NCBI GenBank assembly: GCA_964561085.1
Contig: CAZLNP010000002.1
Location: 1 to 55,032 of the forward strand
Length of the DNA stretch: 55,032 nt
Source of the DNA: an uncultured Candidatus Saccharibacteria bacterium
GTDB taxonomy: Bacteria; Patescibacteriota; Doudnabacteria; UBA920
Reading direction: 5' to 3'
A model generated the notes under the pieces. That model was not told the DNA's origin. It saw only the letters and a list, made by a program, of their open reading frames with translations, and ran no database searches. Shown here piece after piece: positions 1 through 9,510 of the stretch; within the stretch, counting starts at the first letter, position 1, and every line of letters starts with the position of its first letter. The translations under genes were made by a program, and so were the position numbers.

Positions 1-1944
1 TATGTTGGTTTTGTAATGGATGAAACGCAGAAATACGCCAAACAGTGGTGGGATGAGTTCATCAAGTACGCAATCATGACTCCTGTGTTGGTGTTCTTCT
101 TGAACATTGCGGCGTTAATGGCGACCGTGTTTTCTAGCGGAGGAGACAAAGGTTTGTTCGTGTTCAGCGATGGTTCCTTGAGCGCAGACATAGTCGTAGG
201 TTCTTTGACCATTCTTACCCACTTCATTGTTTTGATATTTATTTATGCAGGCATGAAGTTTGCCATGGGTTCAGGAACAGCTGGCGCTAAATCAATCGTT
301 AAATATGCCAAGAAAGGTTTCGACGCCGTTACTACTGGTGCCGCAAAAGCGATCTTGCCAGGCGCAAAAGATTTTGTTGGTGACCAAGCTTCTACTGGTA
401 TGGGTAAACTATTTGGTAGCCGCGCAGAAAATATTACTCAAGCCCTCTTCAAGCCTATGGAAGCTGCTAAAAACCTTAAGAAAGGAGCTTGGGATAGGCC
501 AGGTGAAGATCGTAAAAAACGTTCTGATAAACGTTTGAAAACTATTGATGACCAGTCATATAAGATTATGACAAACAAAGTCCAGGCTCTTAAGTATGCA
601 GCTACTACAGCTGTTGGTAGGGGTCCAAAACGAATGTATGCAGAGGGTGGAAGATTAAACGATGAAGCTCAAATCTTGACTGACAAAGAGCGAGATGAGG
701 CAGAAAAAAGTTTGGCTACAGCTAAATCAGAAACAGCAGGAGTAGAAGCGCAACAAGCTTTATTTGGCGAGCGTCAGTTTGATAAAGAAAAAGGGGACGG
801 CTTAGTTAAGGGTATTGATAAAGAACTTGCTGTTTTAAGTGCAGAAGAAGCTCGTCTTATTCAAGAGCGTGACGATGCTATCGCTAATAATGATGGTGAC
901 GGAATTGACTCAGCCCAAAATGGATTAGTTGATTTAAATAAAAAGAAATCTAATCTAGAAGCTGTTAAGATAGGAATTAATGACCAGTTGAGTATTGATG
1001 GTCATGTTAATTTCGATAAGCTAGAGGAAGATCTAAAATCCCAAAATGGAGATTTTTCAATGAAGGCGGTGTTCAAACCTGAGGAATTTAAGGTTGAGCT
1101 TGAGAATAAACTGAAAGACGCTAAAGATGAAGAGAATCGCCTAGATAGCGGTATTAAAGAAGATGATCGTCGTAGAAAAGATTATGGCTATGGGGGAGCT
1201 CATGCTGTAGTTCGCGAAGTGATGACCGATGAAAAGCGCTCAGACTTGCAAGCTAAAGGCGCAGAGATTCAAGAGGCAGCAACTAAACGATTTTTGCCCC
1301 CATCTTTGGCTGACCGTGAAGGTCGTCTATCTGCAGAGAGAGATGAGAATAAGAAGTTGGAAGATATTGATGATGCCGATGAACTGATTGAAATGTTTGA
1401 TGGCGCTATGAAGAAAAATAATATGCCTCTCGCTACTGCGATTAGTAAAAAATTAGCTAAAGAGGGTAATTTTGACAAGCTGCTCAACGCTAAGGGTTAT
1501 GAGAATAACCTAAAGTCTTATCAAGCTTTTATGGAAAAACACCTTAAAGGTATGATTCCGCAAGTTAAATTCCAAATTGCCTCAGAAGTTGCCCATGTGG
1601 CCAATCAAAATGGTAATTCTACTTTTGCGAGCCCTACCAAAGTTAGCGGTGGAACAATGCGATGGGCTACAGAAGCAGAATCTGCTAAATCTAAGGCAGG
1701 GAGTATTGAGAAAGCTTCCAGTTATGATTTGGCTAAAAAAAAGAAGTATCAGTATGCATACCAGCAGAACGGACAAACTCATTTTGAGCCAAGTGCAATA
1801 AACAATTTAAACTCGATGGGCTCAGATAAGTTGAAGAAATTCGTGGAAAGAAAATCTGCTAAGGAATTGAAAGATATGACAAAGTTCGCTAATTACAATG
1901 ATTTAAATCCAGATGTACGTAGGGCACTTCAGGAAAAAGTATAG
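1..1944 (+). CDS. VirB6/TrbL-like membrane protein with long charged coiled-coil C-terminus (5' partial)
   Basis: Frame is open from base 1 (YVGFVM...), so the true start is probably upstream of the window. N-terminal hydrophobic helices (WWDEFIKYAIMTPVLVFFL) and a G/A-rich segment precede a K/E/D-rich helical tail; it lies upstream of prgI/virB4. Confidence 0.5.
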   Translation, partial: YVGFVMDETQKYAKQWWDEFIKYAIMTPVLVFFLNIAALMATVFSSGGDKGLFVFSDGSLSADIVVGSLTILTHFIVLIFIYAGMKFAMGSGTAGAKSIVKYAKKGFDAVTTGAAKAILPGAKDFVGDQASTGMGKLFGSRAENITQALFKPMEAAKNLKKGAWDRPGEDRKKRSDKRLKTIDDQSYKIMTNKVQALKYAATTAVGRGPKRMYAEGGRLNDEAQILTDKERDEAEKSLATAKSETAGVEAQQALFGERQFDKEKGDGLVKGIDKELAVLSAEEARLIQERDDAIANNDGDGIDSAQNGLVDLNKKKSNLEAVKIGINDQLSIDGHVNFDKLEEDLKSQNGDFSMKAVFKPEEFKVELENKLKDAKDEENRLDSGIKEDDRRRKDYGYGGAHAVVREVMTDEKRSDLQAKGAEIQEAATKRFLPPSLADREGRLSAERDENKKLEDIDDADELIEMFDGAMKKNNMPLATAISKKLAKEGNFDKLLNAKGYENNLKSYQAFMEKHLKGMIPQVKFQIASEVAHVANQNGNSTFASPTKVSGGTMRWATEAESAKSKAGSIEKASSYDLAKKKKYQYAYQQNGQTHFEPSAINNLNSMGSDKLKKFVERKSAKELKDMTKFANYNDLNPDVRRALQEKV

Positions 1945-1952
1945 TATAAAGA

Positions 1953-3092
1953 ATGGATCCAAAAATACAAAACCAAATAACAGAAGCTATTAGTTATCAA
2001 GACTCGGTAGAAGCTATCGCAGTTTTGAATATGGCCAGAAAGAACCCGGAAGTAAAGCTTGATCACCAAACGTATTTACGTTTACAGTATGTTCGAATGA
2101 ATTCATTAACTGAATATCAGCTTCTGGGATTAATGAAACAATCTGTATTGGCGGCCTACACTATTCCTGAATTTACATTGGATGAAAAGATTAAAAGCTA
2201 CGTTAACCAAATGGATGACACTTTGGGAGAAGTAAAATTCGTTCGTGATATTTCAGCCTTGCTTCAAAGTAGCGAAGAAGTGCTGGGTCAAAAAAATATT
2301 GTTGTAAGTGGTGTTTCTCTAAGTCCAACCATTGGCCATTGGATGAATGACTACTTAGGCATTGCAACCCCAGACGGTATTAAGAGCGCTTTTACTCAGT
2401 TGCAATACATCAACACGTCGCCTAATGTAAAAACTCTCTCAGTAGAAAATAAAGAGATCCTAAAGGACCTGATTAAGCTTAATGACCATTGTTTAGAAAT
2501 GGTAGACATGTGGAATTCAGTTCCCACACCAAAAACAGAAGCAGAGGCGTTTAAAGATTATGACTTGTATCAATTCATTCCAGGTTTAGATTTAGAAGAT
2601 GATGAGCCTGAATCTACTTCACCGCAATCTACCTCACCACAAGCTGAAGCAGCTACTACGCCACCAGTCATTAAGTATGAAGAGCCTGTTGTACCTGCGC
2701 CAGTTCCAACACCTGCAAATCCTGTACAGCAAGAGGCTCCGCAACCGGTGACCCCTGTTCCATCCCAGCCCGCCCCACAACAACAACCTACTGAAGAACA
2801 ACTTAGAACCATAGAAGGAATAAGGTTGGCCAAAAGAACCCCTGGGCATTATAAAGATAATAACCCTGCAGTATCTGGACCGCTCACCTCTGCTGATTCA
2901 GCAAAGATTCATGACCTAATTAACAAAAGCTCTGCAGCTAATTCAGCTTCTAAGCGCGGTGTTACAATGGATCCAACAAACATCAAGATAGATGAAGAAC
3001 AGAAGCGCCTTGATTCAGAGAGAAATAAAAAATCTTTAGAGATACAAAAGAAGTTATCGGAATTACGAACACGAAACAACAACCCAAAATAA
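1953..3092 (+). CDS. Hypothetical protein: helical N-domain, Pro/Gln-rich linker, short C-terminal coiled coil
   Basis: 379-aa ORF 8 nt after the previous stop; P/Q/T-rich tract at about aa 215-285. Confidence 0.75.
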   Translation: MDPKIQNQITEAISYQDSVEAIAVLNMARKNPEVKLDHQTYLRLQYVRMNSLTEYQLLGLMKQSVLAAYTIPEFTLDEKIKSYVNQMDDTLGEVKFVRDISALLQSSEEVLGQKNIVVSGVSLSPTIGHWMNDYLGIATPDGIKSAFTQLQYINTSPNVKTLSVENKEILKDLIKLNDHCLEMVDMWNSVPTPKTEAEAFKDYDLYQFIPGLDLEDDEPESTSPQSTSPQAEAATTPPVIKYEEPVVPAPVPTPANPVQQEAPQPVTPVPSQPAPQQQPTEEQLRTIEGIRLAKRTPGHYKDNNPAVSGPLTSADSAKIHDLINKSSAANSASKRGVTMDPTNIKIDEEQKRLDSERNKKSLEIQKKLSELRTRNNNPK

Positions 3093-3093
3093 A

Positions 3094-3912
3094 ATGTTTA
3101 ACTCCAACAGAGTCGAGACAATTAAAAAAGATATTCAAACCAGCACGCTTCTTTCCGATAGTGAAAAAAGTGACTGGTTAAGTTTGCTTGAGTTGATGAA
3201 CGACAAGCAGCTAGGGGAGTTGGAAGAAATTCTGTCAGCTAGTCCTCCTCAGACTTCAAAGACAGCGCAGCCTCAACAACCTACAACTCCTGCGCCAGTT
3301 AAAACTCCTCCAGTCCAAACCATGCCTCCTTTGAGCCATATTGCCAATGTACCATCAGGTGTAGATATGAATAGGTCTCAGATTGCTAATCCCATTAGGC
3401 CTCAGGCACCAGCTCCAACCCCATCTCCAGCTCCAATTTCTGCGAGGCCAACACCTTCACCAACGCTGTCTAATATGCCGCCTCGAAGCGCGCCTCCAAA
3501 ACCACAGCCATCTGCGTCTGCAAACAATCCGGTTAGCCCCGCCCTTGCACCAAGCGCACCGACTCCTGCCCAGGCAGTAACTGCACCTGCATCAACACCA
3601 GCCCCAGCAACTCAACAATCACAATCTGTGTTCGCAATTAGACAGGTAGAGGACTTGCAGCAAATGAGTGTAGACACTATTCGCAATTTTAGCTTCCAAT
3701 CGATTTTTAATGTAGTTAGAAGTGCTATTCAAGAAAACGGATATTTCGCAATTTTACAGCTAGTAGAATCTAGTCCGTTGTTCTCCAGCTATCTAAGTTC
3801 TGGCAATAAACGGCTTGGTGGCACCAGTTCTGCTACTGAACCAGAACTAACCCAAGCTGAATTCGAATTTATGACAGACCTACTGCGCAACATGCGGTTT
3901 AATCGCTGGTAG
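3094..3912 (+). CDS. Hypothetical protein: small N- and C-terminal helical domains joined by a Pro/Ala/Ser/Thr-rich linker
   Basis: 272-aa ORF starting 1 nt after the previous stop (TAAAATG). Confidence 0.75.
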   Translation: MFNSNRVETIKKDIQTSTLLSDSEKSDWLSLLELMNDKQLGELEEILSASPPQTSKTAQPQQPTTPAPVKTPPVQTMPPLSHIANVPSGVDMNRSQIANPIRPQAPAPTPSPAPISARPTPSPTLSNMPPRSAPPKPQPSASANNPVSPALAPSAPTPAQAVTAPASTPAPATQQSQSVFAIRQVEDLQQMSVDTIRNFSFQSIFNVVRSAIQENGYFAILQLVESSPLFSSYLSSGNKRLGGTSSATEPELTQAEFEFMTDLLRNMRFNRW

Positions 3913-3914
3913 TG

Positions 3915-3923
3915 TGGTATAAT
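3915..3923 (+). promoter_or_regulatory. Extended -10 promoter (TGgTATAAT) for prgI, near-leaderless
   Basis: TGGTATAAT 9 nt upstream of ATG 3933. Confidence 0.65.
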
Positions 3924-3932
3924 ATAGATATA

Positions 3933-4394
3933 ATGCAGTTTCCAGTCCCACAATTTACAGACGTTGAAGATAGAATCATTGGTGCGCTGACATTTAAACA
4001 ATTCGGCATTGTTTTTGTTGCAGCATTAATTACTTTTGCTGTATATGCCGTTAGTAAAAATATTCCAGCAACAGTTATTGTAGGAATATTCCTCGGAATT
4101 CCGGCATTGGCATTAACTTTTGGCAGATTGAACGGTAGACCTCTGTATTCTAGTGCTGGAAACTTTGTCAGATTCCTATTCGGCGCTAAAGTATACGTTT
4201 TTCATAAGCAAGCACAAAGCGCAGCCGAACAGCAGATCCCTATGACCGTTAAAGAAGAAAAGGCTCCGAAAGATAGACAGGCAACAGCCGTTAAAATAAA
4301 AGAACTGAATTATTTACTCCAGCAGCAGGCATCAGAAGAAAGTACTTTGCTTGAAAGAATAAAAGAAAATAAATTAGCTCAGACAAAAAAGTAG
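3933..4394 (+). CDS. PrgI-family membrane protein (VirB3-like T4SS component)
   Basis: N-terminus MQFPVPQFTDVEDRIIGALTFKQF, two TM helices, then NGRPL. ATG 3933 is preferred over the track's GTG 3912, which overlaps the promoter. Confidence 0.8.
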   Translation: MQFPVPQFTDVEDRIIGALTFKQFGIVFVAALITFAVYAVSKNIPATVIVGIFLGIPALALTFGRLNGRPLYSSAGNFVRFLFGAKVYVFHKQAQSAAEQQIPMTVKEEKAPKDRQATAVKIKELNYLLQQQASEESTLLERIKENKLAQTKK

Positions 4395-4415
4395 AACAGA
4401 AACAAACTTTTCAAA

Positions 4416-5111
4416 ATGGCAGATACAAAAATAAAGAAAAAACCTCCAATCGGTAATCCTACTCAAAGCTTTTTGAAGGTTTCTGAAATTAGGGATAGTA
4501 CTATAGTTATGCAGGACGGCACTCTCCGTGCTGTTTTAGTTGTTTCTAGTACTAATTTCGATTTGAAAAGTGAAGAAGAGCAAAATGCTTTAATCTATGG
4601 GTATCAACGTTTTCTAAACTCTCTTGAACACCATGTGCAAATTTTGTTGCAAAGCAGAAAAATGGACATCGCTGAGTACACTGGCAAACTTAAAGGAATG
4701 ATGGAGCGTCAGACTAATGAATTGCTTAGGATGCAAACTAGCGAGTACATCGAATTTATCAACCGCCTAGTTGAATCCGCTAACGTAATGAACAAGAGTT
4801 TCTACGTAATCGTTCCTTACGAGATGAGTATTAAACCTAGCGGCGGCGGTTTGTTTAGTAAGATTTTTGGAACCGGCAAAACTCAGCAAATTAGCTCACG
4901 AGAGAAATCATATTTAGAGTACCGCAAACAACTAGATGAACGAGCTAATACCGTAGCTTCAAACTTGGGCAGCTCTGGAATGCGCGTAGTAAGATTAAAT
5001 ACAGATCAACTAATCGAATTAGTATACAACTCCTACAACTTTGGCGCAGGGCCATCAATTGATGCGAGCCAATTACCTAACGTAACAATCACTCCTGAAC
5101 AAGAAAAGTAA
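4416..5111 (+). CDS. VirB4-associated protein (TraC/TrsD-like, conserved upstream partner of VirB4)
   Basis: TQSFLKVSEIRD...SSTNFDLKSEEEQ...FLNSL pattern; sits between prgI and virB4. Confidence 0.6.
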   Translation: MADTKIKKKPPIGNPTQSFLKVSEIRDSTIVMQDGTLRAVLVVSSTNFDLKSEEEQNALIYGYQRFLNSLEHHVQILLQSRKMDIAEYTGKLKGMMERQTNELLRMQTSEYIEFINRLVESANVMNKSFYVIVPYEMSIKPSGGGLFSKIFGTGKTQQISSREKSYLEYRKQLDERANTVASNLGSSGMRVVRLNTDQLIELVYNSYNFGAGPSIDASQLPNVTITPEQEK

Positions 5112-5132
5112 AAGCAAACATAAAAAACCATA

Positions 5133-6977
5133 ATGGGACTATTTAGTTTAAAAAAATCAGAACTCGACAAAAAACGTGATGAGCTTGAGCACCTGAAAGG
5201 TCAGATCTCAGCAGATTCAAGATTGGCAGAAGTCGAGAAAGAACTTAGCGAAGGCTTAACCACATTGAAAGATTTGTTGGCGCCTTCAAGCTTGAGTTTT
5301 ACTAACTCTTACTTTGAAATCAACGGTAAGTTTGCACGCACCTTTTTTGCATTGGCTTATCCTCGTTTCTTGTCCTCCAACTGGCTATCTTTCATTATCA
5401 ATTCTGAAAGCGCTTTAGACGTTTCTATGTTTATTTACCCTGTAGATTCAGGGGTTGTGCTAAAGAAACTGAAGTCAAAGGTAGGGGAAATTGGTTCTCA
5501 GATTATGGTTGAGCAGGAAAAGGGCTTGGTTCGCAATCCGCTTTTGGAAACTGCGTATCATGACGTAGAAGAACTGCGTGATTCTTTGCAGCAAGGCACG
5601 GAACGATACTTCCGTTTTGCTCTGTACTTCACTCTTTACTCAGACACTCTAGAAGAACTAGATAAAAACTCTGGGATTTTAGAAAGTGCATTGGGCGCTA
5701 AGTTAGTAGTTACCAAGCGCGCTATGCTGGCTACTGAACCTGGTTTCAATTCAACACTCCCTCTTGGCCTTGATGAGTTGGATATTGCTAACAATTTAAA
5801 TACTTCTCCGCTATCTAGTACGTTTCCATTCGTCTCCTCTGACTTAACAGGGAATGATGGAATTCTGTATGGTATTAACAGACATAACAACAGTCTAATT
5901 TTGTTCGATCGTTTTCAGATGGAAAATGCTAACTATGTTGTGTTCGCAAAGTCCGGTGCAGGAAAGTCTTATGCGGTTAAATTAGAAATCCTTCGTTCAC
6001 TAATGGTAGGCATTGAAGTAATTGTTATCGACCCTGAAAATGAGTATCAGCATTTAGCAGAAGCCGTTGGGGGAACATATTTAAATATTTCTCTTAACTC
6101 TGACTTCCGTATTAACCCATTTGATTTACCAACCAGCGTGGCGGATGAAGAGCCTGCGGATGTTTTGCGTAGCGCGGTAATTAGTTTGCTCGGCTTAATG
6201 GGCTTAATTTTAGGCGATATTGATCCGACTGAAGAAGCGTATTTAGATAAAGCTATCTGGGCAACTTATGCTAAGAAAGATATTTCTGAAACCACAGACT
6301 TCCGTACAGCAGAAATGCCAGTCATGTCAGACTTAATTGAAGTCTTGAATGGTATTGTTGGGGCTGAAAGTTTGGCTCAGCGCTTAGAAAAGTTCACTAG
6401 CGGAACATTTGCTGGTCTTTTGAACCAACCTACAAACGTTCAACTTAATAACCAGCTATTAGTTTTCTCTATTAGAGATTTGGAAGATCAGCTTAGACCA
6501 ATAGCGATGTATATTATTTTGGGTCACATTTGGAATTTAGTACGCAGCGAGTTAAAGAAACGTATTCTGGTACTAGATGAAGCCTGGATTATGATGCAGC
6601 ACGAAGACTCTGCTAAATTCGTATTCGGCATAGCTAAGCGTGCTCGTAAGTACTATCTTGGATTAACAACTATTACGCAGGATGTTGCAGATTTCATGGC
6701 TAGCCCATACGGTAAGCCGATTGTGACCAACTCATCAATTCAACTTTTGCTTAAGCAAAGCCCAGCTGCTATTAACATTGTGGCAGAAACTTTCTTCCTA
6801 ACTGAAGGTGAAAAATATTTACTACTAGAAAGTGATGTAGGCGAAGGTATTTTCTTCGCTGGCCTTAAACATGCAGCAATCAAAATTTATGCTTCGTATG
6901 TGGAAGATCAAATCATCACAACAGATCCAAAGCAATTGCTCGAAATTGAACAGAGCAAAGATGAATTAGCAGTTTAG
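5133..6977 (+). CDS. virB4: VirB4/TraC-family ATPase
   Basis: Walker A AKSGAGKS, IDPENEY, INPFDL, Walker B LVLDEAW, KRARKY, ITQD motifs. Confidence 0.88.
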   Translation: MGLFSLKKSELDKKRDELEHLKGQISADSRLAEVEKELSEGLTTLKDLLAPSSLSFTNSYFEINGKFARTFFALAYPRFLSSNWLSFIINSESALDVSMFIYPVDSGVVLKKLKSKVGEIGSQIMVEQEKGLVRNPLLETAYHDVEELRDSLQQGTERYFRFALYFTLYSDTLEELDKNSGILESALGAKLVVTKRAMLATEPGFNSTLPLGLDELDIANNLNTSPLSSTFPFVSSDLTGNDGILYGINRHNNSLILFDRFQMENANYVVFAKSGAGKSYAVKLEILRSLMVGIEVIVIDPENEYQHLAEAVGGTYLNISLNSDFRINPFDLPTSVADEEPADVLRSAVISLLGLMGLILGDIDPTEEAYLDKAIWATYAKKDISETTDFRTAEMPVMSDLIEVLNGIVGAESLAQRLEKFTSGTFAGLLNQPTNVQLNNQLLVFSIRDLEDQLRPIAMYIILGHIWNLVRSELKKRILVLDEAWIMMQHEDSAKFVFGIAKRARKYYLGLTTITQDVADFMASPYGKPIVTNSSIQLLLKQSPAAINIVAETFFLTEGEKYLLLESDVGEGIFFAGLKHAAIKIYASYVEDQIITTDPKQLLEIEQSKDELAV

Positions 6978-6979
6978 TC

Positions 6980-8140
6980 ATGAGGCTTCTTTTCGACGAC
7001 GATAGCAATAGAGGCTCCGACTCGATATCAAATACCGATCGAGAGCTTTTTAGCGACGATTACAATTCCATGAATGCGGGCCAGGAGATAGACCCACAAA
7101 CTGAAAGTTACAAATCTAACAATAGATCTGGAGGTGCGCCATCGGACTTTGAAGATTCTGGCTACGATTCTCCAAACAGTGGAAATTATTCAGATCCAGA
7201 TTTTCAAGCTGCCTATAAAGCTAAGAAGCGCGGCAGTTTAATTGAGCAAGCTAAGAAAGGAATGAAGCAAGGTCAAGCCTACGCCCAACGCTCAATCCCA
7301 AAGAAAATCGGCGGAGCAATAGGTGATAAAGATATGTTTGGTGACGACAGCTCAAAAGGCCGTGAGAAAGCGAAAAAACTTGCTAGAGAAAAAGCTCGCA
7401 AACTAGCTACAGATAAGATCGGTAAGAAAATTGGTAACGAAGGTTTAAAGAAAGGATTTGAAAAAGGGTTAAGCAAGGGAGCTAGTAGTCTTGCTAAGAG
7501 CGGTGCAAAAAAAGCGGCACAGGGCGCAGCTAAAGGGGCCGCTAAGGGCGGTGCTAAAGCAGCCACAAAGGGAGCGACCGCAGCTGTTGATTTATTGGGT
7601 GCTGCTACTGGAGTTGAAACTTTCGGTTTGGGGTTCCTTTTAGCCTTTCTTTTAAATATCGCCATCAGTTTAGGTGTTAATGATGCCGTTGATGCCGTTT
7701 TCGAATTAAAGAGTGGAGATTTTAAAAAAGCTTATTTCTTAGCAGTTAGGGCTGCATCAAAAATCGGAATCTTTATTTACATTTTGATTACCATTCTCAC
7801 AATGGCTTCTATAGCTGGAATTTTCATCGCAGTACCTCTATTGGTCATATTGAACATATACATGATCGCAGGTATGGTGTTCAAAAAGAACCCAACTTTA
7901 CAAGGTATGGTGTGGTGGGAAAAAATTGGTTTAATAGTTATAGATGTTTTTGCTTTCCTAATCCTTGCTGCTTTCTTAGGTGCGCTTGGTTGGTATCTTT
8001 GTACTGAGAGTGGACTTGGCGCTGGCGGTGTTCAAGGCACAGCAGTGGGGGCTATCGTATCGATTTATGATTGGTGGAATAAAACTAACGCTGGATCGGT
8101 AGCGGAAGACTTCTGTAAATATGTTCAGCAACCAGTTTAA
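6980..8140 (+). CDS. Hypothetical membrane protein: acidic disordered N-terminus, K/G/A-rich helix, C-terminal TM bundle
   Basis: 386-aa ORF 2 nt after virB4; several hydrophobic segments in the C-terminal half. Confidence 0.75.
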   Translation: MRLLFDDDSNRGSDSISNTDRELFSDDYNSMNAGQEIDPQTESYKSNNRSGGAPSDFEDSGYDSPNSGNYSDPDFQAAYKAKKRGSLIEQAKKGMKQGQAYAQRSIPKKIGGAIGDKDMFGDDSSKGREKAKKLAREKARKLATDKIGKKIGNEGLKKGFEKGLSKGASSLAKSGAKKAAQGAAKGAAKGGAKAATKGATAAVDLLGAATGVETFGLGFLLAFLLNIAISLGVNDAVDAVFELKSGDFKKAYFLAVRAASKIGIFIYILITILTMASIAGIFIAVPLLVILNIYMIAGMVFKKNPTLQGMVWWEKIGLIVIDVFAFLILAAFLGALGWYLCTESGLGAGGVQGTAVGAIVSIYDWWNKTNAGSVAEDFCKYVQQPV

Positions 8141-8221
8141 TTTTCTAGCAAAAAGTGGTATACTATAAAAAAGATAAGGCACACCTAAAGTGCAACTATT
8201 TGAAATTAAAAGAAAAATGCA

Positions 8222-9355
8222 GTGAATAAACGAGCCATTGCCATTCTGGGCGCAATTTTTATCCTAATTGTTGGAACTTTAGGGTTTTTGATCTATTCTC
8301 GAAGCAAATCTAATGATGAACCTGTGGCTGAGGAAACCGTTGTGGAAACCCCAGTTGTGGAAGAAACTCTTCCAGAGACTGTTGAACCAGAAGAACCGTC
8401 TGGTGCAGCTGTGCGTTTAACTGATGACGCTGTCCTTGCTCCAATCCTATTCTACACTGGAGCCGGAATTTCTTACTTTAATGGACAGGGCCAGCTTTTC
8501 CAGACCGATTTAGATGTAAGCAGTGGCGCAGCCTTACTTAGTAATAAGCGCGAGCTATCAATTGCTTTAAAACCAAGTATTACAAATATTCTATGGCCAC
8601 GAGCAGGGAACAGTTTCATTGCTCAGTTTGGTAGTGAAAGCAAGCCTACTTGGAGTTACTATGATAGTTCTAATGCAGCCTACAAAGATATTCCATCTCA
8701 GGTCTATAGTCTCGATTGGATGCCAAGCGGAGACAAGATTATGTTTGTTTGGGTAGACGCAAATGGCAAGGCCACTCTAAATATTTCCGACCCAGATACT
8801 ACTGGCTACATCACTCTTACTGACTTGTATGAACCTGATAACGTAATCAGTATTGCACCTGATGGACAGAACATTCTGTTTTATAGAAAGCAAACTATCG
8901 ATAGCACAAAAAATACTATTAATATGGTTTCTGCTGATGGAAAGGTTTTCAGTTCAATTGTTAAAGATGGTTATAACATGGGCGTGTTATGGAGTCCAGA
9001 TAGCAAGAAATTCTTATTTAACAAACGAGATTCCAGTACGCAGAAGTATGGTTTATGGATAGCAGATATCGCTACCGGTGAAATTCGCAACTTGAATGTT
9101 TACACGACTGTTAATAAAGTTGTTTGGTCAAAAGATGGTTCTGCTATATACGCAGGAGTTCCTACTACAGGAGTTGCCGGACAAGGATTGACTCAGGATT
9201 CGATTGTAAAGATATTAACTATCAATGGACAAAGCAGTGAGTTCGCCCCAGGAATAGATGTAGACGTTCAAAATCTGTTCTTAAGCAATGATGAAGACAT
9301 ATTGTTCTTCCGCAATGCTCAAGATAGCGCCCTATACTACATCCCAGTTCAATAA
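8222..9355 (+). CDS. Membrane-anchored TolB-like beta-propeller protein
   Basis: GTG start, N-terminal TM, E/V/T/P linker, repeated WxP/SPDG(K) blade motifs (WMPSGDK, IAPDGQN, WSPDSKK, WSKDGS). Confidence 0.7.
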   Translation: MNKRAIAILGAIFILIVGTLGFLIYSRSKSNDEPVAEETVVETPVVEETLPETVEPEEPSGAAVRLTDDAVLAPILFYTGAGISYFNGQGQLFQTDLDVSSGAALLSNKRELSIALKPSITNILWPRAGNSFIAQFGSESKPTWSYYDSSNAAYKDIPSQVYSLDWMPSGDKIMFVWVDANGKATLNISDPDTTGYITLTDLYEPDNVISIAPDGQNILFYRKQTIDSTKNTINMVSADGKVFSSIVKDGYNMGVLWSPDSKKFLFNKRDSSTQKYGLWIADIATGEIRNLNVYTTVNKVVWSKDGSAIYAGVPTTGVAGQGLTQDSIVKILTINGQSSEFAPGIDVDVQNLFLSNDEDILFFRNAQDSALYYIPVQ

Positions 9356-9366
9356 TATTTATATAT

Positions 9367-9461
9367 AAAATCTTCAACCTTTATCGAGCGAGCGCCTCGG
9401 AGTCGAGCCACTGGATGGCGAAGACGACGCCTAAGCGAGCTGATAAATGGTTGGAGATTTT
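9367..9461 (+). repeat. Long intergenic hairpin/cruciform with GAG...CGA core
   Basis: AAAATCTTCAACC-TTTATC (9367-9385) pairs with GATAAA-T-GGTTGGAGATTTT (9442-9461); GC-rich core; followed by a T-run. Confidence 0.65.
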
Positions 9462-9494
9462 TTTAATGAATTTATATTTTCTTGAACTGTAATA

Positions 9495-9503
9495 TGGTAA
9501 GAT
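9495..9503 (+). promoter_or_regulatory. Extended -10 promoter (TGgTAAGAT) for leaderless radA
   Basis: 7 nt upstream of ATG 9511. Confidence 0.55.
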
Positions 9504-9510
9504 AAATATT

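Noticed and set aside
2600-3620. Pro-rich tracts as tandem repeats or a CRISPR-like array
   Set aside because: Low-complexity coding sequence with no fixed-length repeat/spacer periodicity; no CRISPR array or cas gene was seen in the window.
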